NCBI GenBank assembly: GCA_048940925.1
Contig: JBHLOC010000004.1
Location: 1-64,000 of the forward strand
Length of the DNA: 64,000 nucleotides
Reading direction: 5' to 3'
From: Promethearchaeota archaeon
GTDB lineage: Archaea > Asgardarchaeota > Lokiarchaeia > Sigyniarchaeales > SOKP01
The notes under the pieces are model-generated. The model ran no database searches. It had not been told where the DNA came from and saw nothing but the letters and a program-made list of their open reading frames with translations. Both the position numbers and the translations under genes were made by a program. This document shows, one piece after another, positions 41,123 through 51,600 of the stretch. Within the stretch, counting starts at the first letter, position 1. Each line of letters opens with the position of its first letter.

Positions 41123-41158
41123 AGCTTATCCCTATTATTATAAAGTTTTTTTTGAAAT

Positions 41159-41749
41159 TTATTTCTGCTTCAATATTTTTTTATAAAAATCATATATTAT
41201 TAGTTCACGGTCTTCAGCGATTTTTTTTGAAATATCTAAATATAATTGATCTTTTAGTTTTAGGATTTTATTTTCTAAATGCTCAATAACTTGATCAAGA
41301 CCGCCTTTTTTTTTAATTGTAAATCCAACAGTTCTGTATAGCCCTATAGCTCCAAGTGCGTCTAATTTGTCAGCATCTGATAAAATTTTAGCTTCAAGTG
41401 TTTGAGGAATTATATTATTTGAGAAAGAATGAGCCTTTATACAATGAATTATCTTATCAATATCATCTTTGTTGAGATTGAATTGCTGAGAAGTAAGAAA
41501 TTTAAAAGCTTTTTCAGCAGAAATTTCCGCATGATTTCTTTTTAGGTTATCTTTTTTTTCGTCTATTCTACCAATATCGTGAAGAAGAACAGAGATTTTC
41601 AGTATGTCTAAATTAGCGTTCAACTTTTCTCCTATATTTATACACATAGTATATACTCGTTCAACATGGTTAAATCCATGAATGTCATCTTTTTCAGAAT
41701 TATTAAAAGCAAATTTCCTTACTTTTGAAATAAATTTGTTATTTAACAT
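41159..41749 (-). CDS. HD-domain phosphohydrolase
   Basis: H..HVERV, LLHDIG, H…SA, HS, SDADKLDALGAIG. Confidence 0.92.
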   Translation of the reverse strand: MLNNKFISKVRKFAFNNSEKDDIHGFNHVERVYTMCINIGEKLNANLDILKISVLLHDIGRIDEKKDNLKRNHAEISAEKAFKFLTSQQFNLNKDDIDKIIHCIKAHSFSNNIIPQTLEAKILSDADKLDALGAIGLYRTVGFTIKKKGGLDQVIEHLENKILKLKDQLYLDISKKIAEDRELIIYDFYKKILKQK

Positions 41750-41758
41750 TGATTTATA

Positions 41759-41821
41759 TCATTCTATTTGACTTCTCGCTGAATTTCCAGCGCATAAAAA
41801 AATTGGACTTGTTTTTGCCAT
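41759..41821 (-). pseudogene. arsC: truncated arsenate reductase (LMW-PTP type) remnant
   Basis: AGGAG SD, then MAKTSPIFLCAGNSARSQIE*, the CX5R P-loop only. Confidence 0.75.
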
Positions 41822-41915
41822 ATTAATTTCTCCTAATTTCGATTTTTAATGAAAAAATCCTTTTAATATCGACTTATATAAAATATATAGTTTCATAATG
41901 AGTAAATAACTCACT

Positions 41916-42881
41916 TTAAAATCCATTTTTCCATTTTTTAAAAGAACCAAAACCTTCCTTTTCAAATTTAATTTGTTTATTTTTTTTATCAAAAATAATT
42001 GAAAGAAAATAAGAAGATCTTCTTGAATAACTTTCAGCCAAGATTAACACAATTTGAATTGAATTTTTGTTTTCTTGGAAAAATGGAATAATTGAATCCC
42101 ATTTATGAAAGAATCTGTATTCCTGACTTAGACTCTCAGCTAATTCATAGTATAACATATTCTCTGAATTTTTTAAAATATTATGATTAAAAATTTCTTT
42201 TCGTCTAGAGGAAAACACAAATTTTTTCATCAATTTAAAAGTAATACCATCTTCATTTATGTCTTTCTCATAAATAAAATAAGACCACGGTAAAATACCT
42301 GGAACATAATGTTGATTCTTTTGAAGTTTCACTTGTACTAAGATTCTTAAAATTGCGCGTGCTCCAAAATAACATAAATATATGGAAGAATATATCGTGG
42401 TAAGAGCTCGAAATAAATAGTAATTTGGAATTGTAAGGAATAGCATAAATAAAGTAAAAAAGTTTATACCTGAAAAGATAAAAAGAATAGGATTTATTGC
42501 TCTGTCAGCGAGAAATCTATACTCTTTTTTTGAAATCGGGTAAAAAATCGGAACTTTTGAAGCCGTAAAGAGATCTAGAGTCACATGAAGACTATATCCT
42601 ATGAAACCAGCAATCCAAATCTCAATAAATATACCATTTGTTAAAATTGATATGATTAAACTAAAAATACCAGTAAAAAATAAACCACTGACATAAGAGT
42701 GAGTGCCTGCTCTATGTGATAAGTAATATAATTTATATTTTCTCGATATTGGTTCAAATAATAGATCAATATCAGGGAAAATAGCCATAACGACCAAAAA
42801 GAGGACTGATTCTGAAGATAAAGTAAGTACTAGAGGGAAATATGCTAAAATTCCAATAAGTGTATGTGTAAAAATATCCAT
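41916..42881 (-). CDS. membrane-bound metal-dependent hydrolase (YdjM/YfhP-like)
   Basis: MDIFTH, PDID, HRAGTHS, H..LD. Confidence 0.85.
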   Translation of the reverse strand: MDIFTHTLIGILAYFPLVLTLSSESVLFLVVMAIFPDIDLLFEPISRKYKLYYLSHRAGTHSYVSGLFFTGIFSLIISILTNGIFIEIWIAGFIGYSLHVTLDLFTASKVPIFYPISKKEYRFLADRAINPILFIFSGINFFTLFMLFLTIPNYYLFRALTTIYSSIYLCYFGARAILRILVQVKLQKNQHYVPGILPWSYFIYEKDINEDGITFKLMKKFVFSSRRKEIFNHNILKNSENMLYYELAESLSQEYRFFHKWDSIIPFFQENKNSIQIVLILAESYSRRSSYFLSIIFDKKNKQIKFEKEGFGSFKKWKNGF

Positions 42882-42949
42882 TTTTAATATTAAAGGATTT
42901 AAATTTTTATTTTTTGAAAATTTATTGCTTTTAAGGAGGCAATCCTATT

Positions 42950-42985
42950 GTCAATCTTTTACTATCATTTTTTAAAAGACTTCAT
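42950..42985 (-). promoter_or_regulatory. candidate SECIS-like hairpin
   Basis: AUGAA-GUCUUUUA-[AAAAAUGAUAG]-UAAAAGAU-UGAC on the minus strand, about 130 nt after a TGA-TGA. Confidence 0.45.
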
Positions 42986-43110
42986 TCAAATCATTCATTA
43001 ATTCTTTTAACTTCAAAATAATGAGCGAATTCTTCATCATTTTTTCCAAATTTTTTCATGATAATCCTTTTAAAAGTACCAAAATCTACACGTTCCTTCA
43101 TGACATCAGC

Positions 43111-43470
43111 TCATCAATCAGCATGGACTACTATTGTAATCTCACTTTCAGGAATTAAGTTAAAATTAATATCCTCCTGAAGCGGTATGAACTCTCTATT
43201 GGGACCATAAGCATTTACAGCGCAGTCTTCATAAATCTTATTCTCCTCCGAATCCCAAATTAATTGGAGGAAGCTATGAATTAAGCCTTTATATATTGGA
43301 AAAATAGAGTTTTTTGGATTTTCATACATATGTTTATCTAAAATACTCAATGCATCAATAATAGTTCCATCATCTTTTAAATCTAAATTGTATTCTATCC
43401 CCTTTGATAACTTTTTTTCAGGATCAGGGGCAAATATTGTTAGTTTAATATTCTTAATTCTAAAATTCAC
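43111..43470 (-). CDS. beta-grasp (MoaD/ubiquitin-like) hypothetical protein, possible C-terminal selenocysteine
   Basis: …TIIDAL…L…L.PESEITIVVHAD then TGA TGA; last gene of the acr3 run. Confidence 0.65.
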
Positions 43471-43503
43471 CTCAAAATTATAAAAATATAAATTTACTAA
43501 GCA

Positions 43504-43917
43504 CTAAATAAGCCCTTTAGCTTTAAGTAGTTTGGGTAATTCCTTTCTAAGAGTAATTGAGGAAGAAACTTTTATCTCTCCATCAAGAACCACACATTTA
43601 TTATGAAGATTTAATTTTCTAGCTTCTTTTGAATTTAGGTTTTTTGTATCGTAGTCGATATGTTTTATATAAGGGGTGAGCTCTACAAAAACACGATTTA
43701 TGAATTTATCCCACTCACAAGCACATACATCTAAAGGCACATAGATATCTACTTTCAATTTTCCTTCTTTTAAGCTTTTAAGATTATCTAAGCTACAGCT
43801 TTCTTTTCCACAATGTAAATCTGAATCAATACTACAAAAATCTCCCCAATAATCAGGTGATGCCCTAATTTCTTTCATAACCTTTTCTACAGTTTTATCT
43901 ATCTCATGATCAGACAT
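43504..43917 (-). CDS. Cys-rich thioredoxin-fold/ArsD-like protein
   Basis: Six Cys including VPLDVCAC; C-terminal CVVLDGE; follows acr3. Confidence 0.6.
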   Translation of the reverse strand: MSDHEIDKTVEKVMKEIRASPDYWGDFCSIDSDLHCGKESCSLDNLKSLKEGKLKVDIYVPLDVCACEWDKFINRVFVELTPYIKHIDYDTKNLNSKEARKLNLHNKCVVLDGEIKVSSSITLRKELPKLLKAKGLI

Positions 43918-43990
43918 ATCTTCTTTATTCCTTTTTTTTATACTTATTAAAATCTATTCTAAACAAAATATTTTTTGAATATATTTTAGT

Positions 43991-45049
43991 TTATTGAGTT
44001 TTCCAAAATCTCCGTTTTTGAAGATATCGTCCCAAATATACAATTGAAAGCATTACTGGAACCTCCCAAAACAATCCCATTGTAGTTCCTAATGCTGCGA
44101 TTGAACCAATTCCATACATAGCAATAGCTGTAGCGATAGCAATTTCAAAATGACTTGATGAACCAATAATTACTGTAATGATCGCTTCTCTATATTTTAA
44201 TTTAAATAGTTTCGTGATGAAAATATTATATCCAACAACAATTACAAATCCAAGTAATAACGGTATCGATACTAAAAGCAAGAGTTTTGGATTATGTATT
44301 AAGACATCTCCATTCATTGAGAAAAGAACAATCAAAGTTGTTAGTAAAGCTACAATTGATATCTTTCCGACTATAGGTCTATAGGTATTGTTAAACCAAT
44401 CTTCACCTTTAGAAGATATTAATAATCTTTTACTAATTACTCCTAATAGAAGGGGAAGCCCAATAAAGATAAAGATCGAGACTAATAGTAAAATCCAATC
44501 AACAGGTATGTTTTGAATGCCTGTTAATAATGTTACCATAGGAGCATAACCGAATATTATTGTTATCGTATTAAGACTTGTGTTCACTACATTTTGTTCT
44601 TGATTCCCTTTTGCCATCCATCCCCATACTAAAACCATCGCCGTACAAGGACTTGAACTTAATAAAATTATGGCAACTATTAATTGTTCATACCCAGGTA
44701 CAAAAATTCGAGCCATAAGCAAACCAACAAATGGAGCAATTAACCAATTAGAGATTATTGTCAAGATTATTGGTTTGGGATTTCTTCCTAATTTTTTTAA
44801 TTCAGAGACTTGTAGGTTCAACATTGCAGGATACATCATTAAAAATAAACAGATCCCGATAGGTATAGAAATTTGACCTATACTCAAAGCATTTATAGCT
44901 TGGCTAATTCCAGGAATTATCTGGGAAAAAAGAATTCCAATGACGATGCATAATGCAACCCATAAGGGAAGAAACTTTTCAAAAAATCCTAGTTTTTTAG
45001 ATTCTGCATCTTTAGTTATTGAAATTTCCTCTGTTTCTGATACACTCAT
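43991..45049 (-). CDS. acr3: Acr3 arsenite efflux permease
   Basis: FFEKFLPLWV, LMMYP, NWLIAP, PCTAMVLVW, SSHFEIAIA, EVPVM. Confidence 0.95.
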   Translation of the reverse strand: MSVSETEEISITKDAESKKLGFFEKFLPLWVALCIVIGILFSQIIPGISQAINALSIGQISIPIGICLFLMMYPAMLNLQVSELKKLGRNPKPIILTIISNWLIAPFVGLLMARIFVPGYEQLIVAIILLSSSPCTAMVLVWGWMAKGNQEQNVVNTSLNTITIIFGYAPMVTLLTGIQNIPVDWILLLVSIFIFIGLPLLLGVISKRLLISSKGEDWFNNTYRPIVGKISIVALLTTLIVLFSMNGDVLIHNPKLLLLVSIPLLLGFVIVVGYNIFITKLFKLKYREAIITVIIGSSSHFEIAIATAIAMYGIGSIAALGTTMGLFWEVPVMLSIVYLGRYLQKRRFWKTQ

Positions 45050-45243
45050 CCGTTTTCACTAAATTTTATGAAAATTTTTTTAAAAAACTTAATTTATATT
45101 TATAGGGTTTGAGATATTTATGAAATGCATCAAATAAAAATATTTGGATTTAAAGAATTTAACAAAATATTTATATTAACTTAAACATAAGTTGATCAAT
45201 ATATATATAATTTATAAATCTTGAAATAGTTCTAAAAAAGTGG

Positions 45244-45645
45244 GTGATGGTAATAAATAAAAGGCGCACTATTGAGATAACAGACTCCCTCGAGAGTTGT
45301 ATTAACATGACTGAAATCGATGTTAAAACCTACTTTCGAGATTTGCAAGATTTGGGGAAAAATTTAGAAAAATCTAATAAATTTAAGAAATTATTAGAAT
45401 TTTGTTATGTAATTGGTAATAAAGAGCGTTTAAAAATAATTGCAGCATTAAAAGATAATGACCATTGCGTTTGTGAATTAGAAGCAATCTTAGATAAATC
45501 GCAACCATCAATATCACATCATCTTAGAATTCTTGAAAGCATTGGGCTTATAAGAAGCTTTAAAAAAGGTAAATTTACTCATTATGACATTATTAAAGAA
45601 ACAGTTAATTCATATTTAGATCTACTAAATCAAGAATTAATTTAA
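45244..45645 (+). CDS. arsR: ArsR/SmtB family regulator
   Basis: RLKII..L…CVCEL…SQPSISHHLRILE..GLI; divergent from acr3. Confidence 0.9.
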   Translation: MMVINKRRTIEITDSLESCINMTEIDVKTYFRDLQDLGKNLEKSNKFKKLLEFCYVIGNKERLKIIAALKDNDHCVCELEAILDKSQPSISHHLRILESIGLIRSFKKGKFTHYDIIKETVNSYLDLLNQELI

Positions 45646-45671
45646 ATCTAGATTTTAAAATAAGTTATCAA

Positions 45672-47066
45672 TTATTTCTTCAATTTGAGCTTCCTGATGA
45701 AAAATAAGCTTAATAAATAGAAGATACCCATAGATGAGAAAGTAAGAGTTAATATTATTGAGTTTTCTGAATTAGATCCAGTAAGAATAAAACCTATAAG
45801 TAGAGAAGATAATGCTGAGCCAATTGACATAACAAAAGAATTTAACCCAAAATAGGCTCCAGAAATATTTGAAACCGCTTCTTCAAGACTAAACTCTTTA
45901 TTATTTTCAGCAGCTTCATATACTAACGCGCTAGCTAAAGGTGGATTGAAAAGACCAAAACCATACATTGAACCTAAGATTGTTCCAATAGATAGTATAA
46001 ATAATATTACTACAAATGCATTGGGAAGTTGATTATAAAGAAAGATTAAATCTGATAAAGAAGCAACAGCTGCTGCTATAATACAAATCGTATATGTCTT
46101 AGTAATATCATGCTTTTTAAGCATTCTACGCCAAATAACAAATCCCGCAAATTTGCCTCCGGTTGAGACAATTATATAAAGATAAAAACTAGGTCCTGTA
46201 AAAAGAAGCGCATAAGTTAAAAATGGTATAACAAGAGCACCTAGTATTCTACCTGCCATCCCATTAAATAGTATAACAGAAAGCAATTTTCTATATCTTT
46301 TATCTTTTATTGGTTCAACCATTTGGGGAAAAATTGTCTTAAAATTCTTTTTTTTAACAATAGTAATAGAGGATTTATGAAAACTTTCATCAATTGAGAA
46401 AAAGGTAGTAATAATCGCAATTAATCCAAAAAGAGTGAAGCTAATACCTATCAATGGTATATAAAAAAGAATATATTCTCCCGAAGGTTCCCACCATTTT
46501 ACATTTTGAGGATCTGGTAAGATACTCTGCACCATTATAGGTAGTAATAAAGCAATTATAGAAGAAACTATACTAAAGAAAGTTGTTAAAGCTGCAATTG
46601 TTTGTCTGTTCTCATGTGTTTGAGATTGTTCTGTAAGCATTGATTGATGTACTGTGAAGATTGATGATCCCGAAATAGTATTTAATATTAATATCACCCA
46701 TAAAAAAATAGCTGTTGGAAAATATAATTGGTTATTTTCAGGGCATCTAGGCGGGAACCATATAATAATACTTGTGAAAATCCAGATAGGTAGTCCATAA
46801 AGCAGAAAAGGTCTCCGTTTCCCAAATCTTCCCGGTTTTTTATTGTCAGCTATAATCCCGAAAAATATCGAAGAAAAAGCTGAAATAATAAGTTGAATAG
46901 ATATACCAATTGAAATGAGTATGGTATCTAAATTAATTGTATAAACATAAAATTGTAAAACAAACACACCGACAAACATATTTGTCAAAAACATTCCAAA
47001 TTGACCTATTGTATATCCGAATAATCTGAATCCATGTAATTCCCGTGGTGTGCTAATATCACCCAT
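45672..47066 (-). CDS. MFS transporter (GPH/MelB-like)
   Basis: About 12 TMs, G.IADN…GRFGKRRPF. Confidence 0.88.
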   Translation of the reverse strand: MGDISTPRELHGFRLFGYTIGQFGMFLTNMFVGVFVLQFYVYTINLDTILISIGISIQLIISAFSSIFFGIIADNKKPGRFGKRRPFLLYGLPIWIFTSIIIWFPPRCPENNQLYFPTAIFLWVILILNTISGSSIFTVHQSMLTEQSQTHENRQTIAALTTFFSIVSSIIALLLPIMVQSILPDPQNVKWWEPSGEYILFYIPLIGISFTLFGLIAIITTFFSIDESFHKSSITIVKKKNFKTIFPQMVEPIKDKRYRKLLSVILFNGMAGRILGALVIPFLTYALLFTGPSFYLYIIVSTGGKFAGFVIWRRMLKKHDITKTYTICIIAAAVASLSDLIFLYNQLPNAFVVILFILSIGTILGSMYGFGLFNPPLASALVYEAAENNKEFSLEEAVSNISGAYFGLNSFVMSIGSALSSLLIGFILTGSNSENSIILTLTFSSMGIFYLLSLFFIRKLKLKK

Positions 47067-47410
47067 AATAAAGTAATTTGTTACTTAAAATTTAAGATTT
47101 CGATTTTTGTGTTATTTATTCTTTTATGTAGAATTCTTACAAAATCTTTTGTTATAAATTTAAAACTAATTTTTCTCTGACTATTTCATTTAGATTTTTA
47201 AGATAAAGATTTAACTATTAGATATAAGCAAGAAATAAAGAATTATAAATTATTTTAGAGTTTATAGAAAAAATTTTTATTATATATATTTTATGGTTTT
47301 TGTCGATTCCGTATTTATAGTTAAACATGAATACCGCTAAATATATATGGATAAATTGGTATGTAAATAGTGTTCATAAATTTTAGTGATTTTTTAAGTA
47401 GAGGTTTTCT

Positions 47411-48634
47411 ATGAGTGATTTAAACAGTATTCCGGAATTTTCAAAATATTTTCGAGCGATTTCTCCTTCAGAAATCAATATTAATAACGAAGATATATTT
47501 TATCGCGATAAATATAATGAAATTTTAAATTTTATTAAGTTAAATTTGACGAACAATCAAGATTTGGTATTAAAAGAGTATGTAGAGCCAAAAGGCGCCA
47601 TTTTATTATATGTAAATCGGGGTACAGACATATTAGATTTTTTGAAACTAATATCAATGAATTATTATATAGATTTTATTGAATATAATGATAATGAGGT
47701 CATTAAAACTCCTGAAGACTTTATAAAAAGTTTGAGTTCTATTGTTAAGGTATTGAAAGCTAATATAGAAAAAAGCACTGAACTAAATAACAAAAAGAGA
47801 TTGTTTTTAATTAACCAACATATATTTCGTAATCAAAATTTCACAGGAAAGAATTTAGTGGAATTTTTTATAAAAGCGCAACAAAATGGTAAAATTAGAT
47901 TTAATTGCAAAGAGTTAGACCTAATTTTAGTTTGGATCAATTATGATCTTAAGGAAATCAGATCAGTCTCAGCAGATTTATATGATATATTTGATCTATT
48001 TCTTATAATAAATATGTTAAACCAAGTTGAACGAGAAACAGTGTTTCGAGATTTCTTAGAAAAAAATCCAAAGATCGTGTTTGATATTGATGAAATAGTA
48101 AAAAACACACAAAATTGGGAAGTAAATAATATTAAGCAACTTTTAAAAATTGGAATTTTAAAGCATTTTATAAATTATGAGTTAAATAGTAAAAGTAATG
48201 AAATTACAGATAGTCTTCTTAATTTAATTAAATCAGGTGAATATTTACCAACACTCTCAACCAATACACCAGAAATTTCAGATGATAAAGATATCAAGGG
48301 TGAAATTGTTGGAACAGAGAATGTTTCTTTAAAAAAAGAACGGGAAAGTGTTGAACAGATCAACGATGCAGATAATTTTGCTGAACAAATTCGAGAAACT
48401 CGTATTTCAGATTTTATGTTAAACCAATTATATGAAAATGCTGCTTCGAAGCATTATAATGAACTTCTTATTATTATTGATAAACTGAAGAAAAATGAAC
48501 CGTTAGAAGAAAATGATAGGAAATTATTAGCAATATACCCATTCATCTTAAATGAATCTCCAAATAGAGCACAAATTAATTTAGAAAAGGCAAAGAAAAG
48601 AGTGGATCGTATAAAACAAGTTTTTGGTAATTGA
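47411..48634 (+). CDS. degenerate (inactive) AAA+ ATPase-like protein
   Basis: PKGAILLYVNRGTDILDFLKLIS sits where PKGILLYGPPGTGKT would; FD..L.I…ER..F…D.DEIV..T.NW…IKQL resembles the AAA lid. Confidence 0.6.
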   Translation: MSDLNSIPEFSKYFRAISPSEININNEDIFYRDKYNEILNFIKLNLTNNQDLVLKEYVEPKGAILLYVNRGTDILDFLKLISMNYYIDFIEYNDNEVIKTPEDFIKSLSSIVKVLKANIEKSTELNNKKRLFLINQHIFRNQNFTGKNLVEFFIKAQQNGKIRFNCKELDLILVWINYDLKEIRSVSADLYDIFDLFLIINMLNQVERETVFRDFLEKNPKIVFDIDEIVKNTQNWEVNNIKQLLKIGILKHFINYELNSKSNEITDSLLNLIKSGEYLPTLSTNTPEISDDKDIKGEIVGTENVSLKKERESVEQINDADNFAEQIRETRISDFMLNQLYENAASKHYNELLIIIDKLKKNEPLEENDRKLLAIYPFILNESPNRAQINLEKAKKRVDRIKQVFGN

Positions 48635-48656
48635 AATTAAGTAAGATGAGAAAAAT

Positions 48657-51600
48657 TTGGCTTCTCAATCAAAAAATAATCAAAGAAAAAAAGAATTGAA
48701 TTATTCTGAAAATAGGAAGATTTTCATTAAGAAGGTTATTTTAGAAAATTTCCTATCCTTTCAAAAAGATGAAGTAGATTTTGGGGATGCTAAATTTATA
48801 ATAATTGTTGGTCCAAATTGGAGTGGAAAGACATCGATTTTTCAAGCTATCAAATTTGCGTTGGGTAGTAATGAAAGAGATGAGAGGTATACAAAATGGT
48901 CAGATTTCATTAGAAACGGTCAAAATCATGCTATGGTCGAGATCCATATACAAAATGATGGAGAGCTAATAAAATTAAGGCGTTATGTTATTAAAGGGCA
49001 ATCTCCGTATTTTAAAATAAAATTAAAGGAAGATAAAGAATTTAGAAAAATCCAAGCACTTGAAATTCAAAAATTGATTAGAACATTAAATATTAATCCT
49101 GACAATCAATTTGCTTTTGTTAGCCAAGGAAAGATTGATGCTGTTAAAAATTTAAAGTCGACAGAGTTGTGTTCTTTCCTGGAAGAAGGAATTGGGCTAA
49201 AAAGTTTGAGAAATGAGATATTGCAACAAAAATCAAATGTTAATAATTTAAATACTGAGCTTAAATCATTAATGAGCAAAAAAAATACGTTAAATATAAG
49301 TTTAGAATTTCTAACTCCTAAGTTGGAACGTTTAAAGAAAAAAAATAAGCTATTAGAAATTAGAAATAAATTCCATGATGAACTCTTATGGGCAAATAAA
49401 GATAAATTACAAAAAGAAATTATCAGAATTGAAGAATTCGTTAAAAACATCATACTTGTAATCGAAGGGATTAAAAGAGAAAAAACAAAGTATGATAAAA
49501 AAATCCTAGAGTTAGTAAATGAAATTGTTACTGAGGAACAAAGTATTAACAAACTTTCAGAAAAATTAGGAGAACTGAAATATAAACAAATAGACTTAGT
49601 AGCAAAAATAAAGAAGTGGCAAAAAGATAAAATATTAGTAAAACAAGACTTAGATGCTTATTCTCAAAATATCGATCGAATTGAAAAATTAGTAATCAAC
49701 TTTGAAATGCAGAAAGAGAGTCTAAACGATGAGATAAAAATAATGACAAATGAAATCACTCACCTTGAAAATCAAATTGATAAGCTCCTAAAAGAGCAAA
49801 ATCAACTTATAAAAAAAATCAAACAAAATAAACTTCTGCTAGATGAATATAATCAAGTGATTTCTGAGAAAACCAAAAAGATAAATATTATTAAAGAAAA
49901 TGAAAACTCAATTAAGGCTATAAATGATGAGATCAATCAGTTATTTCAGAGTTTTAAGGATATAGAGCATAAATTAAAAAAGAATAAATGGTTTTTGGAA
50001 AATCCAACTAAAAATCTTTTAGAAAAGCTTGATAAGCAGTTAAGAGAATCTTCAATAAAAATCTTTGAAATTGATTCAGAAATAAAGAAACTGGAAATTG
50101 AAAAATCCAGAAAACTAAATAAATTAAAAATCTTACAAGCTTCACTTAGGGAACGTCGAGTTATTCTCCCCTCTACAATTTCTATTTTAAAGGAAGAGAT
50201 AAAAAAAAGAGAGTTAAGAGTTAAAGGTCCTATTATTGATTATCTTAAATATGATGATGAGTTAAGTTATGCTATAGAGTCCGTTTTAGGGGAAAAATTA
50301 CTTTATAGTTTTATTGCTGAGGATTGGGATACTTTAAATTTATTAAAGAGATTAAAAGAGAAGTATGGAGCATACTGTAACCTCTATTTACCAAAAAAGA
50401 TAACCTTACAGCCTTTAATGAGAATTTCTGCAGAGGGAGTTGTGGGTTACATTGCAGAATTAGTAAAATTTGTAGATAATGATGTAGATATTAAAAAAGT
50501 AATTTACTCCAAAGTAAAAAATTGTATTGTTGTGAGAGATTATCGTTCTGGAACAAATCTTTATAATAAACTTAATTTCCGAGGGAAATGTGTCACCTTA
50601 AAGGGCGAACAAATAGTTTCTTATAAATATGTGTATGAAACACCTTATATTAAGAGATTGAAAGGATTATTAAGTGCAGCAACCCAAAAAGAACAGTCAA
50701 GCATTTTAGAATCAGAAGTTAATATCTTGAATGATAAGATCTCAGAATTAAAAATCAAACAATCAAGCTTTGACAATATTCAAAAAGAGATTTTTAAGAA
50801 AAAAGAAGCCTTCAACGACCTTTTATATAATTTCAATCAAAAACAGAGAATAACGACTAAAAAGAATGAATTATATGAAGAAATGCATAATTTTGAAAAA
50901 AATAATTCATCTTTAAAAAAAGAGATTCAGGATTTAGATCTTAAAATAAAAAGTCTACAAACCCATACTGATTCTGAATTTTTTAAATGGAATGATAGGG
51001 TTAAAGAAATACCTAATGAATTATCTTTTTTAAATGAAGAAAAGAAAAAGTGGGATCTAAAACGGAAAGAGAATTTAGATATTTTAAAAGAAGTACAAGA
51101 TAAATTATCGAAGCATAAGAACCAACTTATTCTATTAAAATCGGAATATGAAAATAAAAAAGAAGATTTCCAGAAAGCAGATAAATCTGCTTTTAATACA
51201 TACAGGCAATTGGAAAATGTAGAAGAAGAAATTAATATAATAGAACAAAAGATTTCAGAGTTAAGAGAAACAAGAATGAAACTCCAAAAAGAAAAAAGTC
51301 AGATCGAAAATAATAACATGCAAACCATTTTAAAATTAGAACAAGAGAATGTCAAGTTAAATTCATATAATCAAGATCTTGAATCCAAAAAAAATGATTT
51401 AAAAAGAATTAACTCTGAAATAGGCCCTTTAATTTCTGAACAAATCATGAAACTCCGTTCAATTAAGGAAATTGAGAAAGATATCCTACAAATCGATGAA
51501 AAATTGCTTAATTATTTGGATGTAGATGACTCAATTGTAGTCGAAAGAGATCAAATCATTGCTTCATTAAAAGAAATATCAAAAAATCAAAAAGATTTAG

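Noticed and set aside
42991-43113. In-frame continuation after TGA-TGA (double readthrough or a 36-aa ORF)
   Set aside because: No motif and no SD; a single Sec followed by stop, or a plain stop, is simpler.
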